A stretch of 64,000 bases of DNA from positions 2,867 through 66,866 of the forward strand of contig CAYQJL010000166.1 in assembly GCA_964417675.1 (NCBI GenBank), given 5' to 3'. Shown here in pieces: positions 1 through 9,881 of the stretch. The notes under the pieces are model-generated. The model was given only the letters and a program-made list of their open reading frames with translations, ran no database searches and was not told the DNA's origin. Source of the DNA: an uncultured bacterium (GTDB taxonomy: Bacteria; Eisenbacteria; RBG-16-71-46; CAIMUX01; WJJG01). The first letter of the stretch is position 1; each line of letters opens with the position of its first letter. The position numbers were made by a program, and so were the translations under genes.

Positions 1-759
1 CTGAACCGACAGGCGATCAAGCTCTTCGAGGGCAACCGTGATGCTCTGGGCGAGATCAAACCGGCGCAGGGTGTCCCGCGAACGATCACTCAGGCGCTGG
101 GAGAGGAATTGACCGAGCCACACCAGACGGTCGCCGCCTATGGTGGCGTTGGTGACGGGCGCTCGCCCATGCACCATGGCCACGGCGGGAAAGAGCCTGA
201 GGTAGACATCGACGCGGAACGCTTCTTCCGCGCCGTCGACCGTGCGGTCCTGAAGCACCACTCTCAGCCATCGGGCCTGCCACTGATCCTGGCGGCGCTG
301 CCGGAGCATCATCATATGTTCCACGAGGTCAGCCAGAATCCGTTTCTGATACCGGAGAGCATCGATATCCACCCGGATGCCCTATCGTCGGTCGCCGAAC
401 TCCGCCAGCACGCCTGGCAGCTTATGGAGCCCCGCTATCTGGCGCGCCTAACCGCACTGGTCGAGGAATTTGGCAACGCAAGGTCCAAGGGGCTCGGTGC
501 TGACAATCTAGCACAGATTGCCAAGGCGGTCGTGGACGGGCGGGTCGCCACACTGCTGATCGAAGCCCGTCGCGAAGTTCCCGGTCGGATCAATGTCGCG
601 ACCGGCGACATCGAGTTTGACGACCTGGCACACCCGGATGTTGATGACGTGCTCGACGACGTGGGGGCGTTGGCCCTGAAGATGGGCGGCCAAGTTGTCG
701 TCGTCCCCACCGAACGGATGCCCACGGAGACGGGAATCGCTGCGATCTACCGCTATTGA
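1..759 (+). CDS. baeRF / eRF1-like release-factor-family protein (5' partial, frame open to window edge)
   Basis: Frame 1 has no stop from nt 1 to 759. The C-terminal part (VDGRVATLLIEARREVPG...GGQVVVVP...TGIAAIYRY*) matches the eRF1/Pelota domain-3 pattern typical of bacterial baeRF families. Family call is from motif memory only. Confidence 0.55.
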   Translation: MNRQAIKLFEGNRDALGEIKPAQGVPRTITQALGEELTEPHQTVAAYGGVGDGRSPMHHGHGGKEPEVDIDAERFFRAVDRAVLKHHSQPSGLPLILAALPEHHHMFHEVSQNPFLIPESIDIHPDALSSVAELRQHAWQLMEPRYLARLTALVEEFGNARSKGLGADNLAQIAKAVVDGRVATLLIEARREVPGRINVATGDIEFDDLAHPDVDDVLDDVGALALKMGGQVVVVPTERMPTETGIAAIYRY

Positions 760-1652
760 GGTCGGAGGCATCTTGGCGATAAAAACAGCGATAAGAAGTC
801 CGGCACAGAGGATATGCGCTGCCTCCTTGAGGCTCGTCTCGCCGGGCTCCAGCCTTTCGCGGTAAGCCACCAGGCGGGGACTTCGGAGCAGGCTGTCGAT
901 GGTTCTGTCGACAAGCTGATTCGTTCCATTGACGCTACCCTTCGGAAGCTGGACCACCAACAATAAGGGACGCCCCGGCCGCAGGAACCCGGCCAACGAA
1001 GCGGTGGAGACACATCCTTCTGCTTCCTGGGCTCCCAGTTCCGCTGGAGTCGGGACCGTTTGCGGCGGCTGTGCTTCAGAATCAGGCATCCTGGCAAGTG
1101 CACTTCCTCTGGCTGACCGGAGAAGTGCCAGGCATAGTCCTGTTGTTCCTTACAGCTGCAGCAGGTTTTGTCATGGGAATCGCCGTCGCGCTTCTGGTGA
1201 AGCGTGGTAACAAACACAAGCAGAAAGCAGAATGACGTCAATGGCAAGGAGCTGTATCAGCAGAAGCCCAATTGGACGAATGGAAAGCAGAAGAAAACAA
1301 GCTTGGGCTCACTCAAGAATAACATCCCATTTCTGACCCGGGGGAAATCGAGTGGCTCCATGCGGGTCAATGAGGTTGCTCTGCGCCACAGGCTCCTACC
1401 CCGTGCCCGCGCATACATCGGGATGATCGGTAGAGTGGCCCAGACGGATACCGCCTTTCGGAGCTATCCCACCGCTGCGAGGCGGCTAGCCGGACTTGGG
1501 TGCAATCCGTGGCCTCGGAGTATCTCGCAGTGCGCGGAGATTGGTCGCAAAGCGGTTTCGCGTGTTTGGGAGTGGTCACGCTCATGTAGACGGACTACCG
1601 ATGCTCTGATAGAGTCCATCTCAGAAGGCTTAGCAACTTGTTCGGCTGGAGA

Positions 1653-2003
1653 ATGAACATGCAGCAACAAGTCTATCGCGGCATTCGCAAACGCTCGGCC
1701 AGATCATTCTGCGGCTTGCCTCTTGTCGACATTGCCATCGGATCTGATCCGGAGAAGAACGAGATACGAGGTCGTGCGCATGGCATCATCGCCATAGGAG
1801 ACATTGCAAGAGGTTGGCTCGCACTTGGCGGCATCGCAATGGGTGGCGCAGCCATTGGCATCGTTGCCATTGGCGGCGGCGCACTTGGATACTATGCCTT
1901 CGGTGGCGGCGCTTCTGGCAAACATGTTATCTCGGCCATGCAACGCAGTCAGGAGGCCATAGACTTCTTCAGCAAGTGGTTTCCATTTCTGCCGTTGAAG
2001 TGA
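1653..2003 (+). CDS. small Gly-rich integral membrane protein (hypothetical)
   Basis: ORF with glycine-zipper-like hydrophobic repeats (GIIAIGDIARGWLALGGIAMGGAAIGIVAIGGGALGYYAFGG). GGAG lies upstream of the ATGs at 1653/1659. Located in the lower-GC island. Start is uncertain; the ORF opens at TTG 1638. Confidence 0.4.
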   Translation: MNMQQQVYRGIRKRSARSFCGLPLVDIAIGSDPEKNEIRGRAHGIIAIGDIARGWLALGGIAMGGAAIGIVAIGGGALGYYAFGGGASGKHVISAMQRSQEAIDFFSKWFPFLPLK

Positions 2004-2129
2004 GGGAGATGTCCAACGAGATGAATGCAGACTACTGGGGCTTGCGCGCCAAAGTCTGATTCACGACGTTGTGCCCCAAGTCGACCGAGGCTGCTATTCC
2101 AATGATCTTGACTGCGTGATACGATCCAC

Positions 2130-2744
2130 GTGCAACCATCGAGGCTATGCGTACTTGGAGGTGAGGTGAGGATTCGCGAGACAGGGGCGGCGATCTTCAG
2201 GCTGAAGGTGACATTGCGCCGGTCAAAGCCGCCCATCTGGCGGCGATTTTTGGTCCCGAGCGATATCACCCTGAAGCGTCTTCACGACAGCCTGCAAGCT
2301 GTGATGGGCTGGACGGACAGCCACCTGCATCAGTTCGAGGCTCGAGGCGTCTACTACGGGACGTCGGATCGCAGTTCCGGGGTGAACCGGGTAAGCGAGA
2401 GTAGGACGACCGTTGGGCAGGTACTTCGTCGTCCCAAGGACCGTATGACTTACGAATACGACTTTGGCGATAGCTGGCTCCACGATGTCGTCCTAGAGAA
2501 GATTCTGCCATCCGGGCAGGGAGGTCCCTATCCCGTGGTCGAGGCCGGAAGACGCGCCTGCCCGCCCGAGGACGTCGGTGGAATCTATGGGTATCTGGCC
2601 TTTCTCGAAGCCGTCGCGGATCCGAATCATCCTGAGCACAGCGACATGATCGACTGGGTGGGTGAGCTCTTCGATCCCGAGACATTCGATGTCGGGGAGG
2701 CAAACCTCGCGATTCACGGTGGCTGGGTTCGGCGCCAGGAGTGA
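2130..2744 (+). CDS. pRiA4b ORF-3-like / IS1096 passenger TnpR-family protein
   Basis: Hallmark N-terminal motif FRLKVTLRRSKPPIWRRFLVPSDITLKRLHDSLQAVMGWTDSHLHQF, followed by YEYDFGDSWLH and CPPEDVGG. Exact start is uncertain. Confidence 0.8.
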   Translation: MQPSRLCVLGGEVRIRETGAAIFRLKVTLRRSKPPIWRRFLVPSDITLKRLHDSLQAVMGWTDSHLHQFEARGVYYGTSDRSSGVNRVSESRTTVGQVLRRPKDRMTYEYDFGDSWLHDVVLEKILPSGQGGPYPVVEAGRRACPPEDVGGIYGYLAFLEAVADPNHPEHSDMIDWVGELFDPETFDVGEANLAIHGGWVRRQE

Positions 2745-2821
2745 CGCATACATCCGCATGCACCTGCTAGGCCCTCTGCGACGCCCTGTGCATGGTGCCG
2801 GAATCAGTGGAGTACGCAGCA

Positions 2822-2935
2822 TGGCACTGCGCGCCAGCCAGTATCCGCGATCATCTGCTCAAGATCGGCGCCCGCGTGGTTGCCTCTGCCCGCCGCGTCG
2901 TGCTGCACGTGCCGCGATCCTATCCCTTCCTCGAT
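2822..2935 (+). pseudogene. C-terminal fragment of a DDE transposase (IS1380/IS4-like), no intact upstream ORF
   Basis: The translation WHCAPASIRDHLLKIGARVVASARRVVLHVPRSYPFLD resembles the conserved C-terminal tail of IS1380-type transposases. The frame is closed just upstream, so only the tail remains. Confidence 0.4.
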
Positions 2936-3333
2936 CCTATGGGCTCACTTGGCCAAGAGACTTGGGGCCCAGTGCTCGTAGGCACGCAGCTTGAACCGAT
3001 CACACCGGGCAGTCCTTCTTGTCCGCGTGCCCTTGGCGTGCCCGCAAACACGTTGGGCCACGGCTCTGCCAGGCCACTGCCGCGCCAGGCCCACCCACTG
3101 GTGGTGTTTTCGTTGCGCGGAGTGTCAGGCATCCTGCCTCGCAATGCCGGCTGAAATCCACAGGGAGAACCGATGAACGTCCGACCTGGATCGCAATATC
3201 GACCCCGTGGTCGCCACCTCCCGTGCTCGCGGGCAGGCTTGCCTCTTTGCTCGCGCTGCGGTTCAATGGCGGGACGCAGGCACCCGATTGGCAGTCGGCC
3301 TCACCGGGCTGGCGTTTCCACGAGGATCCCGTC

Positions 3334-4728
3334 ATGAGCCGTTCGATCACGACCATCAATCCCGCCACCGGCCAAGTGCTCCAGACCTATCAGACCATGC
3401 CGCGGGAGGAGGTTCTCGCCATCGTCGGGAAGGCGGATGCGGCCTTCCGGGAGTGGCGCCGTCAGCCGTTGGGGCAGCGCCTGGCCTGCCTGCGGCGGGC
3501 GGCCGGGCCGCCGCGGGGCCGGCGGGGCGGAGTCCCCCGCCCGCTCCCCCCCCCCTTACCCCCCCCGGAGAGGGGAAAGCCGATCAGCGAGGCCCGCGCC
3601 GAGGTGGAGAAGTGCGCCTTCCTGTGCGACGTCTATACGGAGCGCGGACGCGGATGGCTGCAGGAAGAATGCGTGGTGGCCGATGGCAAGGAACATCGCG
3701 TCCTGTTCGAGCCCCTCGGGGTCGTGCTTTCGATCATGCCGTGGAACTTCCCCTTCTGGCAGGCGCTGCGCTTCGGCGTCCCCACGCTGCTGGCCGGCAA
3801 CGCCAGCGTTCTCAAGCACGCCAGCAACGTGCCGCAATGTGCGCTGGCCATCGAACGGCTCTTCACGGAGTCGGGGACGCCGCCCGATCTTTTCCGAACC
3901 CTGTTCACGGACCACGCGACGATCGCCGAGCTGATCGCGCTGCCCCTCATCCGGGGGGTGTCCCTCACCGGCAGCACGGAAGCCGGCCGGCGGATCGCCG
4001 AGCAGGCCGGCCGGCATCTGAAGAAGGTCGTGCTCGAGTTGGGCGGCTCGGATCCGTTCATCGTGCTCGACGATGCCGACGTTGAGGTTGCCGCCCGCCA
4101 CGCGGTGACCGGACGGATCATCAATGCCGGCCAGAGCTGCATCGCGGCGAAGCGCTTCATCGTGGCCGAGTCGCTGGCGGCGGCCTTCACGGATTGCATG
4201 GTCCACGCCATGAGCGAGCTGATTGTGGGCGATCCTCTGGATCCCGCCACACAGGTCGGCCCGCTGGTGAATCAGGACGGTCTCGACGCTGTTCTCGATC
4301 AACTGCAGCGGTCGGTGGCGATGGGCGCCGAGGTGCTCGTCGGTGGTCAGCGGCTCCGGCGGGAGGGGTTCTTCCTGGCCCCGGCGGTGCTGCGCGGTGT
4401 CCGCGCGGGAATGCCGGTGCTGAGCGAAGAGGTATTTGGTCCGGTTGCGCCGGTCATCGCCGTGGCCGATGAAGAGGAGGCCATCCGGGTGGCCAACGAC
4501 TCGGAGTTCGGGCTTGGAGGCAGCGTCTGGACGCGGGATCTCGCGCGCGGCGAGCGAGTGGCCCGGCGGCTGGAGACCGGGACGGCCTTCGTCAACAGCA
4601 TCGTCAAATCCGATCCGCGGATGCCGTTCGGCGGTGTGAAGCACAGCGGCCTGGGACGCGAACTCTCGCAGTACGGGCTGCGCGAGTTCGTCAACATCAA
4701 GGGCCTCAACCTCTACGAGCATCCGTAG
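3334..4728 (+). CDS. NAD(P)+-dependent aldehyde dehydrogenase, succinate-semialdehyde dehydrogenase-like
   Basis: Starts MSRSITTINPATGQVLQTY. ALDH motifs are present: EVEKCA, MPWNFPFWQ, LELGGSDPFIV, QSCIAAKRF, EEVFGPV, PFGGVKHSGLGRE. I preferred ATG 3334 over the 105-codon upstream extension of the ORF. Confidence 0.85.
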   Translation: MSRSITTINPATGQVLQTYQTMPREEVLAIVGKADAAFREWRRQPLGQRLACLRRAAGPPRGRRGGVPRPLPPPLPPPERGKPISEARAEVEKCAFLCDVYTERGRGWLQEECVVADGKEHRVLFEPLGVVLSIMPWNFPFWQALRFGVPTLLAGNASVLKHASNVPQCALAIERLFTESGTPPDLFRTLFTDHATIAELIALPLIRGVSLTGSTEAGRRIAEQAGRHLKKVVLELGGSDPFIVLDDADVEVAARHAVTGRIINAGQSCIAAKRFIVAESLAAAFTDCMVHAMSELIVGDPLDPATQVGPLVNQDGLDAVLDQLQRSVAMGAEVLVGGQRLRREGFFLAPAVLRGVRAGMPVLSEEVFGPVAPVIAVADEEEAIRVANDSEFGLGGSVWTRDLARGERVARRLETGTAFVNSIVKSDPRMPFGGVKHSGLGRELSQYGLREFVNIKGLNLYEHP

Positions 4729-4891
4729 CGGATCCGCAGCCGCCGTGCCGCTCCGCGGCCCGATCGGGTTGGGAACGGCCTCCACGCTCCGCGCACGCCC
4801 GGAGGCGGGAATGAGGCTTGCGAGTCCGGAACCGCCCCGCGCGGGGTTGGTATCTCCCTGCATGTCAGCCACCGATGTTCGGAGACGACCG

Positions 4892-6295
4892 ATGACCGAC
4901 GAAACCTACAGAACCGAGAGGGATTCGCTGGGCGAGATCCGGGTGCCCACAGAGGCCTACTGGGGGGCCCAGACTCAGCGGGCGCTCGAGAACTTCACCG
5001 TTTCGGGATGGCGGATGCCCCGCGAGATCATCCATGCCCTGGCGCGGATCAAGCGGTTCGCGGCCGAGGTCAACGGCGAATTGGGCCTGCTGGATCCCGG
5101 GCTGAGCCGGGCGGTTGGCCAGGCGGCCGCAGAAGTCGCGGCGGGCCGGTTCGACGACCAGTTTCCGCTGGATGTCTTCCAGACCGGATCGGGCACCTCC
5201 ACGAACATGAATGTCAACGAGGTGATCGCCAACCGGGCCAACGAGATCCTCGGCGGGCGCCGGGGCGCCCGCTCGCCGGTCCATCCCAACGACCACGTCA
5301 ATCGGGGGCAGTCCTCCAACGATGTGTTTCCCACGGCGCTGCATCTGGCGGTGCGCGAGCGGGCCGCGGGGTTGCTGGCGGCCTGTGAACTCCTCCAGCA
5401 GGCGCTGGAGGAGAAGGCCGGCGCCTTTGCCGGGCTGATCAAGATCGGCCGCACGCACCTGCAGGACGCGGTACCGATGACTCTGGGACAGGAGTTCTCC
5501 GGCTTCGCCGCGCACATCGAACACGGGCGGGAACGCATCGTCCAGACATGGCCGCATCTCGAGGAGCTCGCCCTGGGGGCGACCGCCGTGGGGACCGGAT
5601 TGAATGCGCACCCAAAGTTCGCCGCCGGCGTCATCGAGCGACTGGCGGCGGAGGCCGCGGTGCCCTATCGGCCGGCGCCCAATCGTTTCGAGGCGTTGGC
5701 GGGACGGGATGCGCTGGTGGCCTATCTGGGAGTGCTCAACACGCTGGCAGTGTCCCTCATGCGGATCGCCAACGATCTGCGGCTGCTGGCGAGCGGTCCG
5801 CGCGGCGGCCTGGGCGAGATCAGCCTCCCGACCCTGCAGCCCGGTTCCTCGATCATGCCGGGCAAGGTCAACCCGGTGATTCCGGAGATGGTGATCCAGG
5901 TGGCGGCCCATGTGATGGGCAGCCATCTGGCCGTCACGGTCGGTGGCCAGCATGGACCGCTCGAGTTAAACATGATGATGCCGCTGATCGGATTGCATGC
6001 CGTCGAGGCGACCCGCCTGTTGCGGGAAGCGGTTGTTCTGCTGGCCGGCAAGTGCGTGGCCGGGATCGAAGCGCGCCGCGAGCGGTGCGAGGAGCTGGTG
6101 CAGTGGAGCCTGGCGCTGGTGACCCCCCTGGCTCTCGAGATCGGCTATGATCGCGCCGCCGCGATCGCCCACCGTGCCTACCGCGAGGGACGGACGGTCC
6201 GGGATGTCGCGCTCGAGGAGAAGGTGGTCGCCGAGCAGCGGCTGGATGAGATTCTCGACCCGCGCAACATGCTCGGTTCCCAAGACGTGTCGTAG
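4892..6295 (+). CDS. fumC: class II fumarate hydratase
   Basis: RTERDSLGEIRVPTEAYWGAQTQRALENF, SGTSTNMNVNEV and the signature GSSIMPGKVNP. Length about 467 aa from ATG 4892. Confidence 0.93.
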   Translation: MTDETYRTERDSLGEIRVPTEAYWGAQTQRALENFTVSGWRMPREIIHALARIKRFAAEVNGELGLLDPGLSRAVGQAAAEVAAGRFDDQFPLDVFQTGSGTSTNMNVNEVIANRANEILGGRRGARSPVHPNDHVNRGQSSNDVFPTALHLAVRERAAGLLAACELLQQALEEKAGAFAGLIKIGRTHLQDAVPMTLGQEFSGFAAHIEHGRERIVQTWPHLEELALGATAVGTGLNAHPKFAAGVIERLAAEAAVPYRPAPNRFEALAGRDALVAYLGVLNTLAVSLMRIANDLRLLASGPRGGLGEISLPTLQPGSSIMPGKVNPVIPEMVIQVAAHVMGSHLAVTVGGQHGPLELNMMMPLIGLHAVEATRLLREAVVLLAGKCVAGIEARRERCEELVQWSLALVTPLALEIGYDRAAAIAHRAYREGRTVRDVALEEKVVAEQRLDEILDPRNMLGSQDVS

Positions 6296-6321
6296 AGAGG
6301 CTGTCGTAGACGGAGGTCACA

Positions 6322-7953
6322 GTGGACGAAGCTCAATTCACGGTAACCACGCCGCAGAACGAACCGGTACATGACTACGCTCCGGGCAGCTCCCTGCGCA
6401 AGGCGCTCAAGCAGCAGCTCGATGCGATGGCCGGCGAACAGATCGAGATCCCGGTCATCGTCGGGGGCCAGGAGATCTTCACGGGCAATACGCGGTCGAT
6501 CGTCATGCCGCACGATCACGGTCATGTGCTGGCGAAATACCATCTGGCGGGCCCGGAGGAGATCCGGCTCGCCATCGCGGCCGCCCGCGAGGCTTGGCTG
6601 CACTGGCCGCGCCTGCCGTGGCCCGAACGCGTCTCGGTGTTCCTGCGCGCCGGGGAGCTGCTGGCCGGACCCTACCGTGCGGTCGTCAATGCCGCCACCA
6701 TGCTCGGGCAGAGCAAGACAGCGTTCCAGGCCGAGATCGACGCGGCCTGCGAGACGATCGACTTTTTCCGCTTCAACTCGCACTTCGTCAATCGCATCTA
6801 CTCCGAGCAGCCCGAATCCACGCTCGGGCAGTGGGATCGTCTCGAATGGCGCCCCCTGGAGGGATTCGTCCTGGCCATCACACCGTTCAACTTCACATCC
6901 ATCGCGGCGAACCTGCCCTCCGCGCCGGCGATGATGGGCAACACGACGGTGTGGAAGCCGGCTTCGACCGCCGTCTACTCCGGCTACTATCTCATGAAGC
7001 TGTTCATGGAGGCCGGGTTGCCGCCGGGGGTGATCAACTTTGTTCCATCGGCGGGCGCCCAGATCGGCGAGTTGGCCGTCAAGCATCCCGATCTGGCCGG
7101 CATCCATTTCACGGGCTCGACGCCCACCTTCTGCCACCTGTGGAAGGAAGTCGGAGAGAATGTCTCCAACTACCGTTCCTATCCCCGCCTCGTGGGGGAG
7201 ACCGGCGGCAAGGACTTCATCGTGGTGCACCCCTCCGCGGATGTGGAGGCGACCGTCTGCGCCATGGTCCGTGGGGCATTCGAGTATCAGGGGCAGAAAT
7301 GCTCGGCGGCCAGCCGGGCCTATGTGCCCAAGAGCCTGTGGGGCGCGATCCGCGCCCAGCTCGTCGAACAGGTCGAGGGCATCGAGCAGGGCGACCCCCG
7401 CGACTTTCGCAACTTCACCGCCGCGGTGATCGATGAAGCGGCGTTTCACAAGATCGTCGGGTACATCGAGTACGCGCGCGCGGCCGGCGATGCCGAGATC
7501 ATCGCCGGCGGGACCTATGACAGCTCCCAGGGCTACTTTATCCGGCCCACGCTCGTGGTGACCACGAACCCGCATTTCAAGACGATGGAGGAGGAGATCT
7601 TCGGTCCCGTCCTGACCCTCTATGTCTATCCCGACGAGGCGTTCGAGGAGACACTGACGCTCTGCGACCAGACCTCCCCGTATGCCCTGACCGGTTCGGT
7701 CTTCGCCACCGACCGGTGGGCGATTCACCGGGCGCACCGGCAATTGCGCTATGCGGCCGGCAACTTCTATGTGAACGACAAGCCCACCGGCGCCGTCGTG
7801 GGTCTGCAGCCGTTCGGCGGCAGCCGCGCGAGCGGCACCAACGACAAGGCCGGTTCGATGCTCAACCTGCTGCGCTGGACCAATCCGCGCACGGTGAAGG
7901 AGACCTTCCTGCCGCCCCGCGACTACCGCTACCCGCACATGCTGGAATCGTAG
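6322..7953 (+). CDS. pruA: L-glutamate gamma-semialdehyde (1-pyrroline-5-carboxylate) dehydrogenase
   Basis: 543-aa ALDH-superfamily protein with a P5CDH-type N-terminus (FTVTTPQNEPVHDYAPGS...). Motifs: ETGGKDFIVVHPSAD, GQKCSAASRAYV, EEIFGPV, PFGGSRASGTNDKAG. GTG start. Confidence 0.88.
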   Translation: MDEAQFTVTTPQNEPVHDYAPGSSLRKALKQQLDAMAGEQIEIPVIVGGQEIFTGNTRSIVMPHDHGHVLAKYHLAGPEEIRLAIAAAREAWLHWPRLPWPERVSVFLRAGELLAGPYRAVVNAATMLGQSKTAFQAEIDAACETIDFFRFNSHFVNRIYSEQPESTLGQWDRLEWRPLEGFVLAITPFNFTSIAANLPSAPAMMGNTTVWKPASTAVYSGYYLMKLFMEAGLPPGVINFVPSAGAQIGELAVKHPDLAGIHFTGSTPTFCHLWKEVGENVSNYRSYPRLVGETGGKDFIVVHPSADVEATVCAMVRGAFEYQGQKCSAASRAYVPKSLWGAIRAQLVEQVEGIEQGDPRDFRNFTAAVIDEAAFHKIVGYIEYARAAGDAEIIAGGTYDSSQGYFIRPTLVVTTNPHFKTMEEEIFGPVLTLYVYPDEAFEETLTLCDQTSPYALTGSVFATDRWAIHRAHRQLRYAAGNFYVNDKPTGAVVGLQPFGGSRASGTNDKAGSMLNLLRWTNPRTVKETFLPPRDYRYPHMLES

Positions 7954-8013
7954 GCGGGTTGTGGCAGGAGCGTGTCAGCCTTGCGACCGACCATGGCAAC
8001 CAGAGGCCGCGAC

Positions 8014-8757
8014 ATGACCCTACGAGCCTGTATCTTTGACCTGTTCGGCACCCTGGTGCCGATCGTCAAGCGGGCGGAGTACTATGCCGGCCTCCACTCG
8101 CTGGCCCGGGATCTGGGCGCGCAGGAGGCACGCTTCCTGGCCGAGTGGGACCGTACCTATCTGGGGCGTAACATCGGCCACTTCCTCACGCTCGAGGAGA
8201 ACACCGCCGCGGTCGCCGCCCGCCTGGGCATCCCGGTGAACGGGGAGGTCATCCGCACCGCGCTGGGACCGTTCCGCGAGATGGTGCAGCGCGCCTTGCA
8301 GCCGAAGCCGGAGGCCGAGGATGTGCTGCGCCGTCTGCGCGATCAGGGCTACCGGCTTGGGCTCATCTCGAACTGTCACTATGAGGTACCCGAGCCGTTC
8401 CGCAACGGCCCCTTGGCCTCCTACTTCCATGAGCTCATCTTTTCCTGCGAGATCGGGATGATGAAGCCCGCGCCGAAGATCTATCAGGCCATGGCGCGGC
8501 GGCTCAAGGTCGATCCGGGCGCCTGCCTGTACATTGGAGACGGCCACGGCCGGGAACTGACCGGGGCCTCGGCGGAGGGGATGGTGACCGTGCTGGTTGA
8601 CAATCGCGTGGACGACGGCTTCGTGTGGGAATGTGACGAGACCGCGGATCACGTCATAAACGACTTGCGCGAAGTCTTCGCCATCCTGGATCGTTCGGGC
8701 GAGCGAGACGAGCAAGACGAGCGCGACAGCCGCGACGAGCGGGGCGAGCGGGCGTAG
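8014..8757 (+). CDS. HAD-superfamily hydrolase (subfamily IA-like) with acidic/Arg-rich tail
   Basis: Motif [11 protein letters not shown], later GLISNC and [18 protein letters not shown] lies 8 nt upstream of ATG 8014. Confidence 0.7.
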   Translation: MTLRACIFDLFGTLVPIVKRAEYYAGLHSLARDLGAQEARFLAEWDRTYLGRNIGHFLTLEENTAAVAARLGIPVNGEVIRTALGPFREMVQRALQPKPEAEDVLRRLRDQGYRLGLISNCHYEVPEPFRNGPLASYFHELIFSCEIGMMKPAPKIYQAMARRLKVDPGACLYIGDGHGRELTGASAEGMVTVLVDNRVDDGFVWECDETADHVINDLREVFAILDRSGERDEQDERDSRDERGERA

Positions 8758-8834
8758 CCCGCGCTCGGGCGCAGTTCCTTGGGAAGGTTGCTCCACGGGG
8801 CGCACCCCACGGCGACGAGGTAGGGAGGTGTTCG

Positions 8835-9872
8835 ATGATCCAGCGAATCGTGGATCTGCGCAGCGATACGGTCACCCGGCCGACCGAGCAGATGCGGCGC
8901 GTGATGGCCGCCGCCGAGGTCGGCGACGATGTTTTCGGCGAGGATCCGACGATCAATCGTCTGGAGGAACGGGTCGCCGGAATCTTCGGGAAGGAGGCCG
9001 CGCTCTTCGTGCCCAGCGGCACGATGGCCAACCAGCTGGCCGTTCGCAGTCAGACCCAGCCCGGCGACGAGGTTCTGGTGGAGCGGGATTGCCACATCTT
9101 CCATCATGAGTCCGGCGCGGCAGCCGTGCTGAGCGGCGTACTGCTGCGCCAGCTGCCGGGCGATCGCGGTGTGTTCTCCGCCGCACAGGTCGTGAACGTC
9201 TTGCGTCCGCCGGATGATCACCATGCGCCGGTCACACTGGTCACGATCGAGAATACCCACAACATGGCCGGGGGCACGATCTTCCCGCTCGAGGTGTTGA
9301 ACGAGTTGCGCGGCGAGACCCTCGAACGCGGTATCCGACTGCACATCGACGGTGCCCGGATTTTCAACGCGGCCGTGGCCGCCGGGGTGGAGCCGCGCGA
9401 GTATGGCACCCTGTGCGATACCCTTTCCTGCTGCTTCTCGAAAGGGCTCGGCGCGCCGGTGGGTTCGGCGCTGGTCGGATCGCGCGAGACGATCCGCCGC
9501 GCCCGCCGAATGCGCAAGATGTTCGGCGGCGGAATGCGGCAGGCCGGCATCCTGGCCGCGGCCGCTCTGTATGCCCTGGAGCACAACGTCGAGCGGCTGG
9601 CCGACGACCATGCCCGCGCGCTCTGCCTGGCCGAGGCGATCCGCGAGCAGCCCGGCTTCTCGGTCGTCAACGACCCGCCGCCCTCGAATATGGTCATCAT
9701 CGGGGTCCCGGCGCCGGGTTCGGCGGGAGATCTGTGCCGCCGACTCGAGGCGTGTGGAGTCCGTGCCTTGCCGCTGAGCGCCAGTCATGTTCGCCTGGTC
9801 GTACATCTCGAAATCGGGGATGCGGACATCGACCGGGCGATCGATGTGTTCCGGGAGCTGGCCAGGCAGTGA
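8835..9872 (+). CDS. ltaE: low-specificity L-threonine aldolase
   Basis: [38 protein letters not shown]...[10 protein letters not shown]...ENTHN...[11 protein letters not shown] (PLP-Lys context). Confidence 0.88.
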   Translation: MIQRIVDLRSDTVTRPTEQMRRVMAAAEVGDDVFGEDPTINRLEERVAGIFGKEAALFVPSGTMANQLAVRSQTQPGDEVLVERDCHIFHHESGAAAVLSGVLLRQLPGDRGVFSAAQVVNVLRPPDDHHAPVTLVTIENTHNMAGGTIFPLEVLNELRGETLERGIRLHIDGARIFNAAVAAGVEPREYGTLCDTLSCCFSKGLGAPVGSALVGSRETIRRARRMRKMFGGGMRQAGILAAAALYALEHNVERLADDHARALCLAEAIREQPGFSVVNDPPPSNMVIIGVPAPGSAGDLCRRLEACGVRALPLSASHVRLVVHLEIGDADIDRAIDVFRELARQ

Positions 9873-9881
9873 TCGCGCCGC

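Noticed and set aside
1071-1235. 54-codon plus-strand ORF ending in a clean TM helix plus basic tail (GIVLLFLTAAAGFVMGIAVALLVKRGNKHKQKAE)
   Set aside because: It is attractive as a small membrane peptide, but it is below the ORF-track threshold, has no Shine-Dalgarno upstream of GTG 1071, and lies in a decayed low-GC scar where several overlapping ORFs (508-1089, 753-1247, 929-1210) are equally unconvincing. It cannot be supported from sequence alone.
3019-3333. 105-codon upstream extension of the ALDH ORF
   Set aside because: ALDH homology begins at MSRSITTINPATG (ATG 3334). The upstream part overlaps the transposase-remnant region and is not protein-like.
6178-7938. 586-aa minus-strand ORF opposite pruA (and similar ORFs at 3556-4872 opposite the ALDH and 4865-5953 opposite fumC)
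   Set aside because: The plus-strand genes are confidently identified enzymes. The antisense ORFs are GC-rich frame artefacts.
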